From: Thermodesulfovibrionia bacterium
GTDB lineage: Bacteria; Nitrospirota; Thermodesulfovibrionia; UBA6902
Assembly: GCA_963699585.1 (NCBI GenBank)
Contig: CAVOUK010000007.1
Span: 361-64,360, forward strand
Length of the DNA stretch: 64,000 nt
Direction of reading: 5' to 3'
A program made the position numbers and the translations under genes. The notes beneath the pieces are model-generated. The model searched no databases. It worked only from the letters and a program-made list of their open reading frames with translations, and was not told where the DNA came from. Of the stretch, positions 1 to 13,986 are shown piece after piece. Within the stretch, counting starts at the first letter, position 1; each line of letters begins with the position of its first letter.

Positions 1-803
1 TCTTTTAACCCGAAGGACTTGATCAAGACTTCAAAGGTGCACATATCTCCAATATGCGTAAATGTTCCTCCGCTTACATCAAAGGGAACAAAGTCACTGT
101 CCGACTTTCCAATATCATATTCATCAGCAAATCTAAAGACCGCTTTTTTATCTATAAACATTTTGATCAGCCATGCAGAAGCCATCCTGTCCACAAAAGG
201 TCTTTTTCTTGTAACCCATATTTTGCCCTGATAATCTTCGATATTTCGTGGAATTACTTCGTGAATTTGTCTTTCACCGGATTTTGATAAGCCGTCTATT
301 TCTTTCTGTAACATTCCAATTTTCTTTCTTAATTCTGTTCCTGCCTTTGACGCAAAGAAATCAATTTTCCTTATCTCTTCAAATTCCCTTACATTTTTAT
401 TGAGCTGATCTAACAGCTTCTTATGGTCCTGAGTTTCTGTCCCTTTTCTGACGCTGCTTGTTTTCCTTTCAAGCTCCTCCATGTTTTTTTCAATCAAGTT
501 GTAATCTCTTTCTCTTTGCTTATTAAAAAGATCAATGATCTCCTTATCGTTCATTGTTTCAATCTTATCCACCATTACAAAGGCCCCCTCGCCCTTCAAT
601 GAGGCAACTTCCGATGTAAGCCATTGATATAATTCATGATTTTCTTCATTGAACGGAAGGACATACACAGCGCCTTTAATCGGTATAGCCCCGGATTTTG
701 CAAGCCTTCTCCATATCTTCATCCTTGCATTTACAGGCTTTGAGGGAACGCTGTAAAAGAATATAAGCCATGCGGGATGAGATGTATTTCCATTGTGTAT
801 CAT
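1..803 (-). CDS. chrB: Chromate resistance protein ChrB (3' end runs off the window)
   Basis: Not in the ORF track. Manual translation of the minus strand from ATG 803 gives MIHNGNTSHPAWLIFFYSVPSKPVNARMKIWRRLAKSGAIPIKGAVYVLP (ChrB N-domain) and WVTRKRPFVDRMASAWLIKMFIDKKAVF...FTHIGDMCTFEVL (ChrB C-domain). Confidence 0.88.
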   Translation of the reverse strand, partial: MIHNGNTSHPAWLIFFYSVPSKPVNARMKIWRRLAKSGAIPIKGAVYVLPFNEENHELYQWLTSEVASLKGEGAFVMVDKIETMNDKEIIDLFNKQRERDYNLIEKNMEELERKTSSVRKGTETQDHKKLLDQLNKNVREFEEIRKIDFFASKAGTELRKKIGMLQKEIDGLSKSGERQIHEVIPRNIEDYQGKIWVTRKRPFVDRMASAWLIKMFIDKKAVFRFADEYDIGKSDSDFVPFDVSGGTFTHIGDMCTFEVLIKSFGLK

Positions 804-811
804 TTGCTCTA

Positions 812-840
812 AATGTAACATGTGTTACATTATTTGTCAA
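812..840 (-). promoter_or_regulatory. sigma70 promoter of chrB overlapped by a 9-bp inverted repeat (putative operator)
   Basis: On the minus strand: TTGACA (840-835), 17 nt spacer, TACATT (817-812). Palindrome AATGTAACA-TG-TGTTACATT at 812-831. Confidence 0.7.
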
Positions 841-962
841 GTGGCTTCCGGAGTGATAATATTATCTTAAGTTTTCACCTTTTAAATTCGATAGATATAT
901 TATGAGTTGAATCATTGACTAAAGCCTTCAAATTAATAAAAAATAATTGATAGAAGTCGGCA

Positions 963-3528
963 ATGTCACCTGAAAATGGAAAAGAATACGCAGCTTCACA
1001 AAAGAGTCAAATAGTCCTCTTAAGCATCAGCATTGGAGCGCTTTACTGGATAATTGATTCTCTTGTAGACTCCTTTATATTTAATAACGGAACATTTACA
1101 ACACAGCTTTTCCATCCATCTCTGCCAGACCTTTGGATGCGTTTGTTTACAATCGGTATTCTTATTTTTTTTGGTGTTTTTACTAACCGCATAATTATTA
1201 AATACAGACAAATAGGAGACTCGCTGAGGGAAAGCGAGGAGAGATATGAGAGCGTTGTGGAAAATATCGGAATCGGCATATCGGTTATTAGCCCGGATAT
1301 GGAAATACTGTCTTTAAACAGCCAGATGAAAAAGTGGTTCCCTGATATTGATATTTCAAAGAAACCGATCTGTTACAGGACCTTTAATTCCCCGCCAAGA
1401 GAAAATACTTGTTCCTATTGTCCTACCTGTAAGACCCTTTCTGACGGTCAGACACACGAATCAATAACAGAGACGCCCTCAAAGGATGAAATTAGAAACT
1501 ACAGGGTGCTTTCTTCTCCAATCAAGAATGCTGAAGGTAAAGTTATTGCTGCGATAGAAATGGTTGAAGACATAACTGAACGTTTAAGGGTTGAACAGGA
1601 ACACCAGGAAAGTGAAGAACGCTATCGCCTGCTTTTCCACCGTTCTCCGGTCGGGATATTTAACTATGACAGAGAGCTGCGTATTACCGAATGCAATGAC
1701 CGCTTTATCGATATTCTGCAATCGACCCGGGAAAAACTAATCGGCCTTGACATGAAAACGCTGCACGATCAAAGTGTGCTTCCTGCCATTAAAATGGCAA
1801 TAGATGGGAAAGAAGGAGTATATGAAGGCTATTATCACGCCACAACCAGCGCAGCAGAAATATGGGTTTCGATGCGGACCGCACCGCTTTTTGATCAACA
1901 GGGCCATATCAAAAGCGGTGTAGGAATAGTTGAGGATATTACTGAACGCAAGAAAATTGAAGAAAGGATTTTTCAGATCACCCATGACTGGGAAGACACC
2001 TTTAATTCCATTACAGACATGGTCACTATCCACGATAAGGATTTCAACATAATACACGCCAATAAGGCCGCCCAGAAAATACTCCATCTCGATTTTCTAA
2101 ACATGTCGCCTCAAAAATGTTTTCGCTTTTTTCACGGGACAGACCGCCCTCCTGACGGCTGTCCAAGCTGCGATTGCCTTAAACACCGGACTGCCTATAA
2201 CAACTGAATTGTACGAACCCCATTTAGAAATGTATCTTGAGCTGTCGGCCATACCAAGATTTGACAGCAGTAATAACATCGCAGGATTAATCCATATTGC
2301 CAGAGACATTACGGAGCGGAAAAAACTTGAAGATCAGCTCCGCCAGTCGCAGAAGATGGAGGCTGTAGGACAATTGGCCGGCGGGATCGCCCATGACTTT
2401 AATAATCTCTTAACAGCTATCATAGGATATTCAACTATATTAAAAATGAAATTAAAGGATGATCCTCTTAAGATCAATCTGGACCAGATACTTGTATCGG
2501 CTGAAAAAGGCGCTCTTTTGACACAAAGCCTGCTGACATTCAGCAGACAGCAGATCAACAGTCCTGAGCCTAAGAACATAAATGAGATCATTATGCATAT
2601 GGAAAATTTACTATTGCGGATCATCGGTGAGAATATTGAACTAAAAACAATAATGACATCCACTACTGATACCGGCGGGAAAGAAAGAAATGAAGATTTA
2701 ATTGTAATGGTAGATCCTGTTCAGATGGACCAGGTCCTGATAAATCTTGCCGCTAACGCAAGGGACGCAATGCCTGAAGGCGGGCAGTTGACCATACAAA
2801 CAAAGAAAGTCCATCATTCTGCATTGAGATTTCCAAAGGAAGATAAAGATCTTCTTAAGTTAAAAGATAAGGCCCTTTCTAACGGAGGAGAGTTTGCAGA
2901 AATTTCATTTACAGACACCGGTTCCGGGATAGATGAGAAAACCATGGAAAGGATATTTGAACCATTCTTTACAACCAAAGATGTCGGCAAAGGCACAGGA
3001 TTAGGGCTTTCAATAGTTTACGGAATAATCAAACAGCACAATGGCTACCTCGTCTGCGAAAGCAAACCCGGCAAGGGCACGACTTTTAAAATCTATCTTC
3101 CGATAATTAAAGCCGAACTGATAAGGATAAACAATGAAGAGATCCGTAAAGATGACCAAATTTCATGTACGGTCCTGTTAGCAGAGGATGAGTTTGTAGT
3201 AAGAAAACTCACGAAACAGGTGCTCGAGGAGTTCGGTCATAAAGTTATCGAAGCTATTGACGGCGAAGACGCTATAAAGAAGTTTATCGATAATCAGGAC
3301 TTTATAGATCTTCTCATATTTGATATTATTATGCCCAGGATGAGTGGCCAAGAGGCATATGAAAGAATCAAAAAGATAAGACCTGATATAAGGGTGCTGC
3401 TTACAAGCGGATACCCTTCTGATTTCATCAACAAAGAGAGGATAATTAACGAGGGGATAAGTTTTGTTTCAAAGCCGGTCTCTCCTGATAAATTGATGAA
3501 AAAAGTAAAAGAGGTCATGGCAAATTGA
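963..3528 (+). CDS. Membrane-bound multi-PAS hybrid sensor histidine kinase (HisKA-HATPase-REC); one frameshift near 2184
   Basis: ORFs 963..2207 and 2209..3528. Two N-terminal TM segments, PAS repeats, H-box [26 protein letters not shown]-terminal receiver. Removing one C near 2184 restores [13 protein letters not shown]. Confidence 0.92.
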
Positions 3529-4595
3529 ACAACAAGAATACTACTGTCCTTATTGTTGATGATGAGCCGCTCGTGCTCAATTCCCTTTCCGGACTTATGA
3601 TAGAACTGGGTTATTCTGTTATTTCCTGCAGGAACGGGCACGAAGCAATTGATAAATTCATTGAGAACAAGATAGATGTTGTGTTAACAGATATCAAAAT
3701 GCCGGAAATTTCAGGCATCGAACTGCTTGAAAAGATACATGCCATCAATAAAGAAATACCTGTAATTCTCATGACCGCATACACTCAAATGGATATGGCA
3801 GTTGCAGGGATCAGACACGGGGCTTTTGACTTTATTCTAAAACCCTACAATCCCGAATATCTCGTTTACTCAATAGAAAAAGCGGTCAAATATAACAATC
3901 TTATTCAGATGGACAAAGACTACAAACATCTGCTTGAAACTACAGTGGAAGAAAGGACCAAAGAGCTGGCAGACGCCCTGCTTTCACTCAGAAATGTAAG
4001 CAGGGAGATGATACAGCGTTTAATTGCAATGGCTGAGTTCAGGGACACTGATACAGGCGAACACATATCAAGGATCGGTCTTTATTCAAACAAAATCGCA
4101 GAATCAATGGATATGCCGATGGACTTCATTGATAATATAACATTTGCAAGCCAGATGCATGATATCGGCAAGATAGGAATACCTGACAGCATATTATTAA
4201 AACCCGGGGCACTTACTAAAGATGAATTTGAGATTATGAAGAGCCATTGTATTATTGGTGAAAAAGTCCTCGCCGGTTCATCTTATCCCAATATACAAAT
4301 GGCTGAGTCCATCGCCTTAAATCATCACGAGAGATGGGATGGGACCGGTTATCCGCGTAAATTGAAAAGCACTTCGATACCTATTGAAGGAAGAATCGTC
4401 ATGCTTACCGACCAGTATGACGCATTAAGAAGCAAAAGACCTTATAAGCCTCCGTTAAGCCACGAAGATGTCTTTAAAATAATAACAAAAGGAGACGGCA
4501 GGACCATGCCTGAACACTTTGACCCCGATGTATTGAATGCATTTATTGAAGTCGCTCCTTTATTTGACGAGATATTTCAAAGCTTTTCCGATTGA
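3525..4595 (+). CDS. Response regulator with HD-GYP c-di-GMP phosphodiesterase domain (RpfG-like)
   Basis: REC domain (IVDDE, DIKMP, KP) plus HDIGK and [11 protein letters not shown]; overlaps the kinase stop by 4 nt. Confidence 0.93.
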   Translation: MNNKNTTVLIVDDEPLVLNSLSGLMIELGYSVISCRNGHEAIDKFIENKIDVVLTDIKMPEISGIELLEKIHAINKEIPVILMTAYTQMDMAVAGIRHGAFDFILKPYNPEYLVYSIEKAVKYNNLIQMDKDYKHLLETTVEERTKELADALLSLRNVSREMIQRLIAMAEFRDTDTGEHISRIGLYSNKIAESMDMPMDFIDNITFASQMHDIGKIGIPDSILLKPGALTKDEFEIMKSHCIIGEKVLAGSSYPNIQMAESIALNHHERWDGTGYPRKLKSTSIPIEGRIVMLTDQYDALRSKRPYKPPLSHEDVFKIITKGDGRTMPEHFDPDVLNAFIEVAPLFDEIFQSFSD

Positions 4596-4702
4596 GGAAA
4601 ACTGAAGAATTCTAAATGCTTCTGTAACCCTTATTTGAATAACCGCTTTAGATTACCTTATAGTATTAAGGAGTTCATAAGTAACGCCGCATTGTAACTA
4701 TT

Positions 4703-6585
4703 ATGAAAACAAACAACGACTACGATATTCTTGTCATCGGCGCCGGACACGCCGGATGTGAAGCCGCACTTGCAGCGGCGCGCATGGGATTCAATGCCGC
4801 TATTTTCACCATAAATCTCGATACTATCGGGCAAATGTCCTGCAATCCCGCTGTTGGCGGACTCGCAAAAAGCCATCTTGTAAAAGAAATAGATGCACTC
4901 GGCGGCGAGATGGCAAAGATTACGGATAAAGCCGGTATACAATTTAAAACCCTAAACAAAAGGAAAGGCCCTGCTGTATGGGCTACAAGGGTCCAGGCCG
5001 ACCGCGCGCTTTACAGAAAATACATGAGAGAAGCGCTTGAGACGCAGACAAGACTTGACATCATACAGGAGAACGTTGAGGAAATTCTAATTAACAAGAA
5101 TCGTGTTGCCGGCATCAGAACGAGGCGAGCGCACTATACAGGTCAAAAGTTGTAATCATAGCAACAGGGACTTTCCTGAATGGGTTGATCCATATCGGAT
5201 TTGAGCATTTTCCTGCGGGAAGAATCGATGAACCTCCTTCAATAAATCTTTCAAAAAGCCTTCATGAGTCAGGCTTTAAGATCGGCAGGCTGAAGACCGG
5301 CACCCCTCCCAGGCTTGGCAAAAAGGGCATTGATTTCTCTGTAATGGAAATCCAGACAGGGGATGTCCCGCCGCAGCCCATGTCCTTATTCACAAAAGAG
5401 ATAACAAATCCGCAGCTGCCGTGTTATATGACGTATACAAATGAACGCACCCACAAAATAATATTCGACAATCTCAAATATTCCCCGCTGTACAGCGGCG
5501 TAATAAAAGGGGTCGGCCCCCGCTACTGCCCCTCAATTGAAGATAAGGTCGTCCGGTTCAGGGAAAAACCGAGACATCAGATCTTCCTCGAACCTGAGGG
5601 AATTGATGCGGATGAATATTATGCTAACGGCATTTCAACGAGCCTGCCGCGCGACGCTCAGACACAAATGGTTAAAAGCATAAAAGGTCTTGAACAGGCT
5701 GAGATAATAAAATTCGGTTATGCGATCGAATATGACTTTATCTATCCGACCCAATTGAAACCTACTCTTGAGACCAAACTTGTTGAAGGGCTTTTCCTTG
5801 CCGGACAAATAAACGGTACCTCAGGGTACGAGGAGGCTGCTGCACAGGGACTTATGGCCGGGGTTAATGCGGCGCTGAAACTTCAAAATAAAGGACCTCT
5901 TATACTTGGCAGGGATGAGGCTTATATCGGCGTCCTGATAGATGACCTTGTAACAAAGGGGACTCAGGAACCTTACAGAATGTTCACTTCAAGGGCTGAA
6001 TACAGGCTTTTACTAAGACAGGACAATGCTGATTTACGGCTTATGGAAAAGGGACATCGTCTTGGCCTTATTGATGAAGAACAATATAATGCCTTTCTTG
6101 GCAAAAAAGAGGCAATAGATACGGAATTAAAAAGGATCAGATCAACACGCATCAAGCCTGATGTTATAAATCCTGTATTAAATACCCTCGGCGGCACACC
6201 TGTTAAAGAAGATATCAGCTTATATCAACTGCTGAAAAGGCCGGAAGTAAATTATTTAAATATTACAGAGGTCCTTCCGTCAAATATAGAATTGACACAG
6301 GATGTTATGAATCAGGTCGGAATTCAGGTGAAATACAAAGGATATATTGACAGGCAGGCAGAGCAGGCGGAGAAATTCAGGAAGGTTGAAGAAAAGACTA
6401 TCCCTGATGGATTTATTTACAAAGGTATCAACGGGCTTTCAAAAGAGATCATAGAAAAGCTTGAAGAGGTCCGACCGGGCAATTTGGGACAGGCCAGCAG
6501 GATCCCGGGAGTTACCCCTGCGGCAATCTCAGTTCTGATAATAACAGTAAATAAATTTAATCGAGAGGGCAGGAAGAAAAAATAA
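4703..6585 (+). CDS. mnmG: tRNA uridine-34 carboxymethylaminomethyl modification enzyme MnmG/GidA; frameshift near 5125-5150
   Basis: [45 protein letters not shown] and [17 protein letters not shown] across ORFs 4703..5155 and 5185..6585. Confidence 0.97.
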
Positions 6586-6626
6586 AGAGGCAGCTCCGCG
6601 TGAAGCCGCCCCTTTATTAAAATAAA

Positions 6627-6944
6627 TTACTTCTTGTGGCATTTTGCACAATTTGCTTCGTCGCCTGCCTTGAAGGCCTTTGTGCCGTTATGACATTCAC
6701 CGCAGAACTTGCCTGCATTGATGTCTGCCATTGTGATCTTGGAAGAACCTTTCTTCATCTGGAAAACCTTCGGATGACAGTCATTGCATTTAAGACCTTT
6801 ATCAGCATGTGCTTTACCGTCAAATACAACCTTTCCTTTGTCTCCGCCTGCAAACTCAACTGATTTTCCACCAGGTACCGCCATTACATTACCAACAAAA
6901 GCAACAGCGATTAAAATAACCAATATTACTGTAAATTTTTTCAT
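6627..6944 (-). CDS. Small periplasmic triheme c7-type cytochrome
   Basis: Signal peptide and three CxxCH motifs (CNDCH, CGECH, CAKCH). SD AAGGAGGTG upstream favours ATG 6944. Confidence 0.9.
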   Translation of the reverse strand: MKKFTVILVILIAVAFVGNVMAVPGGKSVEFAGGDKGKVVFDGKAHADKGLKCNDCHPKVFQMKKGSSKITMADINAGKFCGECHNGTKAFKAGDEANCAKCHKK

Positions 6945-7098
6945 TCGATTCACCTCCTTTCTTTATGTATGTTGCACAGATTCATTTTCAAAAGTTACAT
7001 ATTATATATCAAAACATTGTGAAATAGTTATGAATATAATTTTTGTTTATGAATTAATTATTTATTTCTATCTTTCCTGCATACTACATGCAAAAAAG

Positions 7099-7184
7099 TG
7101 GCGGAGGGGGTAGGATTCGAACCCACGGGACTTTCATCCTGCGGTTTTCAAGACCGCCGCCATCGGCCACTCGGCCACCCCTCC
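7099..7184 (-). tRNA. tRNA-Ser (anticodon TGA)
   Basis: Minus strand GGAGGGGTGGCCGAGTGG...GCGGT-CTTGAAA-ACCGC, long variable arm GGAT-GAAA-GTCC, T-loop GGTTCGAATCC, ending GCCA with discriminator G; lies downstream of serS. Confidence 0.96.
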
Positions 7185-7194
7185 AAAATACAAT

Positions 7195-8561
<1,367 letters not shown>

Positions 8562-8579
8562 TTACAACCTTTAAAAAAA

Positions 8580-8657
8580 GTTTAATTAGTTTAATTAGTT
8601 GTATTAGTTCTATTAGTTAACCAACTCAACTAATGAAACCAATTCAACCAATCCAAC
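8580..8657. repeat. Nonamer tandem-repeat palindrome centred on GTTAAC (family A, copy 1)
   Basis: GTTTAATTA GTTTAATTA GTTGTATTA GTTCTATTA [GTTAAC] CAACTCAAC TAATGAAAC CAATTCAAC CAATCCAAC. Confidence 0.85.
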
Positions 8658-8854
8658 AGTCTTTTGTAACCAATGAAACTTGTTTGTTTTTTTGTACATA
8701 TAAGAGTAAGGCAAATGGAATGAAAAATCAACACGTTTTCAGCCGTTTTTATTATTAAAATCAAATACGCCTGTAACTAAGGCAGGTAACAATTGACTTT
8801 GTCTCTGTTTTTATGTTAAAAAATATGTCTATTTCCGAAATTGGAGGCATTTTT

Positions 8855-9163
8855 ATGTTTGCTATATTAGAAACAGGTGGAAAACAATACAGGGTTTCTG
8901 AAGGAGATGTAATAAAGATAGAAAAAGTTAACGAGACCGAAACCGTTACCTTTGATAAGGTACTGATGGTTTCAGATGGCGATAAAATTTCAGTAGGCAC
9001 CCCTTTCCTTTCTTCTGCAAAAGTTACTGCTGATATCGTGGGTACCGGCAAAGGCGATAAAGTCCTTGTGTTTAAAATGAAACCCCGGAAGAACTACAGG
9101 AAGATAAGAGGACACAGACAGCTTTATACTGAAGTGAAGATCAAAGGGATACAGGCCCAATAA
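8855..9163 (+). CDS. rplU: 50S ribosomal protein L21
   Basis: MFAILETGGKQYRV...RGHRQLYT; SD GGAGG before ATG 8855. Confidence 0.97.
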   Translation: MFAILETGGKQYRVSEGDVIKIEKVNETETVTFDKVLMVSDGDKISVGTPFLSSAKVTADIVGTGKGDKVLVFKMKPRKNYRKIRGHRQLYTEVKIKGIQAQ

Positions 9164-9185
9164 ATATTGGTTGGAGGACATATAA

Positions 9186-9455
9186 ATGGCTCATAAAAAA
9201 GGTGTAGGAAGTTCAAGGAACGGCCGTGATAGTCATTCGCAACGGCTCGGCGTAAAAATGTTCGGCGGTCAGGTTGTAAAAGCAGGCAATATCCTTGTGA
9301 GGCAGAGAGGCACTAAATTTCATCCTGGATTTAATGTCGGCAAGGGAAGCGATGATACACTGTTTGCTAAAGTCAGCGGCATACTGAAATTTGAACGTAA
9401 AGGGAAAGACAGACAGCAGATAAGCGTATATCCGGTGGCAGAACAGAGCGCATAA
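9186..9455 (+). CDS. rpmA: 50S ribosomal protein L27
   Basis: [16 protein letters not shown]...[10 protein letters not shown]. Confidence 0.98.
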   Translation: MAHKKGVGSSRNGRDSHSQRLGVKMFGGQVVKAGNILVRQRGTKFHPGFNVGKGSDDTLFAKVSGILKFERKGKDRQQISVYPVAEQSA

Positions 9456-9479
9456 TTACCTAATTTATATTAGCAAGCC

Positions 9480-9517
9480 AAAAGGCGGGATTTGTCCCGC
9501 CTTTTTTATTTTTTTTC
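9480..9517 (+). terminator. Intrinsic terminator after rpmA
   Basis: AAAAGGCGGGA-TTTG-TCCCGCCTTTT followed by a T-run. Confidence 0.85.
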
Positions 9518-9555
9518 ATATCCGGGATGCTATATTTAGTCAAATACGACATTGT

Positions 9556-9697
9556 TCGCAAATCTTCGCAGATTGCACAGATTAAATGAGAAAACTGATA
9601 ATACTTAGCCACGAATGAACAAAGAATTGGCATAAATAAAATGATATTCTTCATCTTGGTAATTAATGAATCTGTGTAAATCTGGTAATCTGTGGAT
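9556..9697. repeat. Family B palindromic element (CGCAGATT/CACAGATT ... AATCTGTG arms) with AT-rich interior
   Basis: Left arm TTCGCAAATCTTCGCAGATTGCACAGATT; right arm AATCTGTGTAAATCTGGTAATCTGTGGAT; homologous to 24311-24387. Confidence 0.75.
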
Positions 9698-9706
9698 CGT
9701 AAATAA

Positions 9707-10738
<1,032 letters not shown>

Positions 10739-10926
10739 ATGCAGGGCTACTGCAATACATGCGCCTTACAGATCAGGAGAAGACGAAGATATTAAACCAG
10801 AACAAATTAAAGCAATAGTAGAGGACATAAAGAGTGGGAGATACAGAAAAGCATCAAGGAAAACGTAACATGCTCTGCAAAGATGTTTTTTGAAACTCTA
10901 TGTTACTGTAATGTATAATCTTTCCC

Positions 10927-12021
10927 ATGAAACGTCTTGTCATAAAAATAGGAAGCAACATCCTCGCTTCAGCAGAGCGGGGGCTGAATACGGAACGGCT
11001 GCATGCATTGACAAAAGACATTGCCGGGGTCGTTGACCTTGGTTACAATGTTGTCATCGTATCCTCAGGCGCAGTTGCCGCAGGGCTTAAAAAACTCGGG
11101 CTGAAAGAAAAACCCAAAGACATAAAGCTGAAACAGGCTGCCGCAGCAATCGGGCAGTCAAGCCTGATGTGGGCATACGAGCAGAACTTTGCAGGTTTTC
11201 ATAAAAAGGTTGCGCAGATACTGCTTACCAAAGACGATATCACAAACCGCCAGAGATATATCAATGCAAAAAATACCCTGTTCACCCTCCTGAGCTACGA
11301 TGTAATCCCGGTAATCAATGAAAACGATACCGTAGCCGTTGACGAGATAAAATTCGGAGACAATGATATGCTGGCTGCGCTTGTGGCAAGCCTTATTGAG
11401 GCAGATATGCTTATTATCCTCTCTGATGTTGAAGGGCTTTATACAAAAAATCCTGCTTCCAAAGATGCAGAACTCATCGGATGCATTGATGAAATTACGC
11501 CTGATATCGAAAAGATAGCAGGAAGTGAAGGCAGCGCTGTCAGTACCGGCGGCATGTATTCGAAAATATTGGCGGCAAAACAGGCAAACAGTCACGGCAT
11601 CCCTGTTGTAATAATGAGCGGTAAAAAGAGCGGACTTCTTGCACGTTTTATTAATGGTGAAAAAACAGGGACGTATTTCAAACCAAAAACACAGAGGCTT
11701 TCGTCAAAAAAAGGATGGATCGCCTACGGGGTCAAGTCAAAGGGCGCCATTTATCTTGATGACGGCGCCGTAAATGCCCTGGCAACACTTGGTAAAAGCC
11801 TTCTCCCCTCCGGCATTTTGAAAATAGAAGGCGACTTTGAAGTCGGAGATTATGTAAGATGCGTAACAAAAGATGGTCGAAAGGTCGCAAAGGGCCTGAC
11901 CAATTATTCTTCAAAAGAGCTGCAGCAGATCAAAGGTAAAAAGACCTCCGAGATAGAGAACATATTGGGATATAAATATTCGGATGAAGTGATCCACCGA
12001 AATAATTTGGTTGTAGTTTAA
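10927..12021 (+). CDS. proB: Glutamate 5-kinase
   Basis: VIKIGS, VSSGAVAAG, NENDTV, FGDNDMLAA, TGGMYSK and C-terminal PUA domain. Confidence 0.97.
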   Translation: MKRLVIKIGSNILASAERGLNTERLHALTKDIAGVVDLGYNVVIVSSGAVAAGLKKLGLKEKPKDIKLKQAAAAIGQSSLMWAYEQNFAGFHKKVAQILLTKDDITNRQRYINAKNTLFTLLSYDVIPVINENDTVAVDEIKFGDNDMLAALVASLIEADMLIILSDVEGLYTKNPASKDAELIGCIDEITPDIEKIAGSEGSAVSTGGMYSKILAAKQANSHGIPVVIMSGKKSGLLARFINGEKTGTYFKPKTQRLSSKKGWIAYGVKSKGAIYLDDGAVNALATLGKSLLPSGILKIEGDFEVGDYVRCVTKDGRKVAKGLTNYSSKELQQIKGKKTSEIENILGYKYSDEVIHRNNLVVV

Positions 12022-12024
12022 TTT

Positions 12025-12050
12025 GTAGGGGCAATTCATGAATTGCCCCC
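12025..12050 (+). repeat. GTAG-type REP hairpin, followed directly by an octamer array (12051-12088)
   Basis: GTAGGGGCAATTCATGAATTGCCCCC then CTTCCAAA CTTCCGCG CTTTCTCA CTTCCGTA. Confidence 0.75.
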
Positions 12051-12108
12051 TGCTTCCAAACTTCCGCGCTTTCTCACTTCCGTACTTTTTTTGCGTTATA
12101 ATCTCATT

Positions 12109-13952
12109 ATGGATGTTAAAAAGAAATTGGAGCAGGTCCCGTCTTCTCCCGGCATTTATATCATGAAGGGAAACAAAGAACTGGCCCTTTATGTAGGAAA
12201 GGCAAAAAATCTGAAAAACAGGCTAAGGTCTTATTTTCAGGATTCCGCTGCTCTTGATGTACGAAAATCGAAAATGGTGTATGAAGTCAGGGACTTTGAA
12301 TACATTGTTACAAAAAATGAACTTGAGGCGCTGATACTTGAAGCAAATTTTATAAAAAGGCTGAAACCTCCCTACAATATAATCCTCAGGGACGACAAAA
12401 ACTATCCTTATCTCAAACTGACGATAAAGGAACAGTGGCCCCGGCTTGAAGTGGTCCGCAAAATAGAGAAGGACGGCTCACTCTACTATGGCCCGTATAT
12501 CCCTTCAGGGGGTATGTGGGAAATGCTTAAGTTCATACGGCACAATTTCCCCATCCGGCTCTGCAGATACAATCTTGATAAACCTTTCAGGCCCTGCGTT
12601 CAATACCAGATGGGAAGGTGTCTTGCGCCGTGTGCAGGTGATAAAAGAACATCAGCAGATCATAGCAGATATCTGGGAATAGTTAATGAGGTCAAATCCT
12701 TTATTCAGGGAGAAAAAAAAGAACTCCTTTGCAGTCTGCAAAACCGCATGCAGCAGCTTTCGGATAAACTGGAATTTGAAGAAGCTGCCAGGATCAGGGA
12801 CAGGTTAACGGCGCTTGAAAAGGCATGGGAGTCGCAGCGGGTCATAGCCCCCGAACTCGGAGATGTGGATGTCATAGGGCTCTACAGAGAAAAACACGAA
12901 GCATCCATATTCATGTTGTTCATACGAAACGGTATGGTTATCGGCCAGAAGGATTTCTTTCTTAAAAAGGTGAGCGATATTGAAAACGAAGAACTTGTTG
13001 AAAGCTTTATAGAGCAGTTTTATTCAAAGGAGATGCTGCTCCCGCCTCGAATAATCCTTCCCTTAAAACTACAGCTGACAACGCAGCAAAAGTGGCTGAG
13101 TAAGAAAAGAGGGGCTGCAGTTGAGCTGGATTATGCAAAAAATGAACTTGAAGTTAAAGTATTGAAGATGTCTGATGATAATGCCATCTACTCTTTTAAC
13201 AGGCATATGGAAACAAAGGTTGACGAAACGCTTCTTAAAATCAAAGAGCTGCTCAGTTTAAAAAAGGTCCCGACAAGAATCGGCGCCATTGATGTGTCAA
13301 ATATTTCCGGCTCAGAGGCGGTTGGTGCATTAATCGTCTATGAAAACGGGAAGTTCTTTAAAAATGACTACCGGTTATTTAAAATAAAAACAGTTAAAGG
13401 AATTGATGATTTTGCCATGATCGGAGAAGTGGCAGGCAGATATCTCAGGAACATGGCGGAAAATGAACAAATGCTGCCGATGTTAATTCTCATTGACGGG
13501 GGAAGGGGGCAACTTGAATCCGCATTGAAAGCCATGAAACCTTTTGACATTCCTGTTGAAATCGCTGCGATCGCGAAAGCAAAAGAACGCAGGACAGAGA
13601 AAAAGCTGTCAGGAATTCGCACAGACATGGACAGGATTTATCTTCCTTCAAAAAGGGAGCCTGTATATCTGGAGCCATTTATGGCATCAACCCATCTGCT
13701 CCAGAAGATACGTGATGAGGTCCATCGATTTGCGGTAAGTTATCATAAGAAACTTCGCAAGAAAACGGACCTTCGAATCTCCGCTTGAAAAGATCAGGGG
13801 CATAGGGAAAACAAGGAGACTCCAGCTCTTAAGACATTTCGGCAGTATTGACGGAATAAGAAAGGCGACTGTAGAAGAGATAGTATCATTAAAGGGCATG
13901 AACAGGAAGGTTGCTGAGAGTTTTAAAAGAAAATCTGGGCATAAGAATGTAG
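12109..13952 (+). CDS. uvrC: Excinuclease ABC subunit C; frameshifts near 13770 and 13920 (3' end approximate)
   Basis: GIY-YIG (PGIYIM..LYVGKAKNL), RDDKNYPY, DVSNISG, LIDGGRGQ, RDEVHRFA. The HhH tail (IRGIGKTRR..LLRHFGS) is in another frame. Confidence 0.95.
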
Positions 13953-13976
13953 GGGCGGTTCACGAACCGACAATAC
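13949..13976 (+). repeat. GTAG-type REP hairpin
   Basis: GTAGGGGCGGTTCACGAACCGACAATAC. Confidence 0.7.
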
Positions 13977-13986
13977 AAATTTAAAC

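Noticed and set aside
7099-7184. Possible tRNA-Sec, given TTCA on the plus strand and selD in the window
   Set aside because: On the coding strand the loop is CTTGAAA, so the anticodon is TGA (Ser). The acceptor stem is a normal 7 bp and the length is 86 nt.
10740-10868. Short reading frame GEDEDIKPEQIKAIVEDIKSGRYRKASRKT between obgE and proB
   Set aside because: Protein-like but with no in-frame start or SD and no recognisable family; at most a gene remnant.
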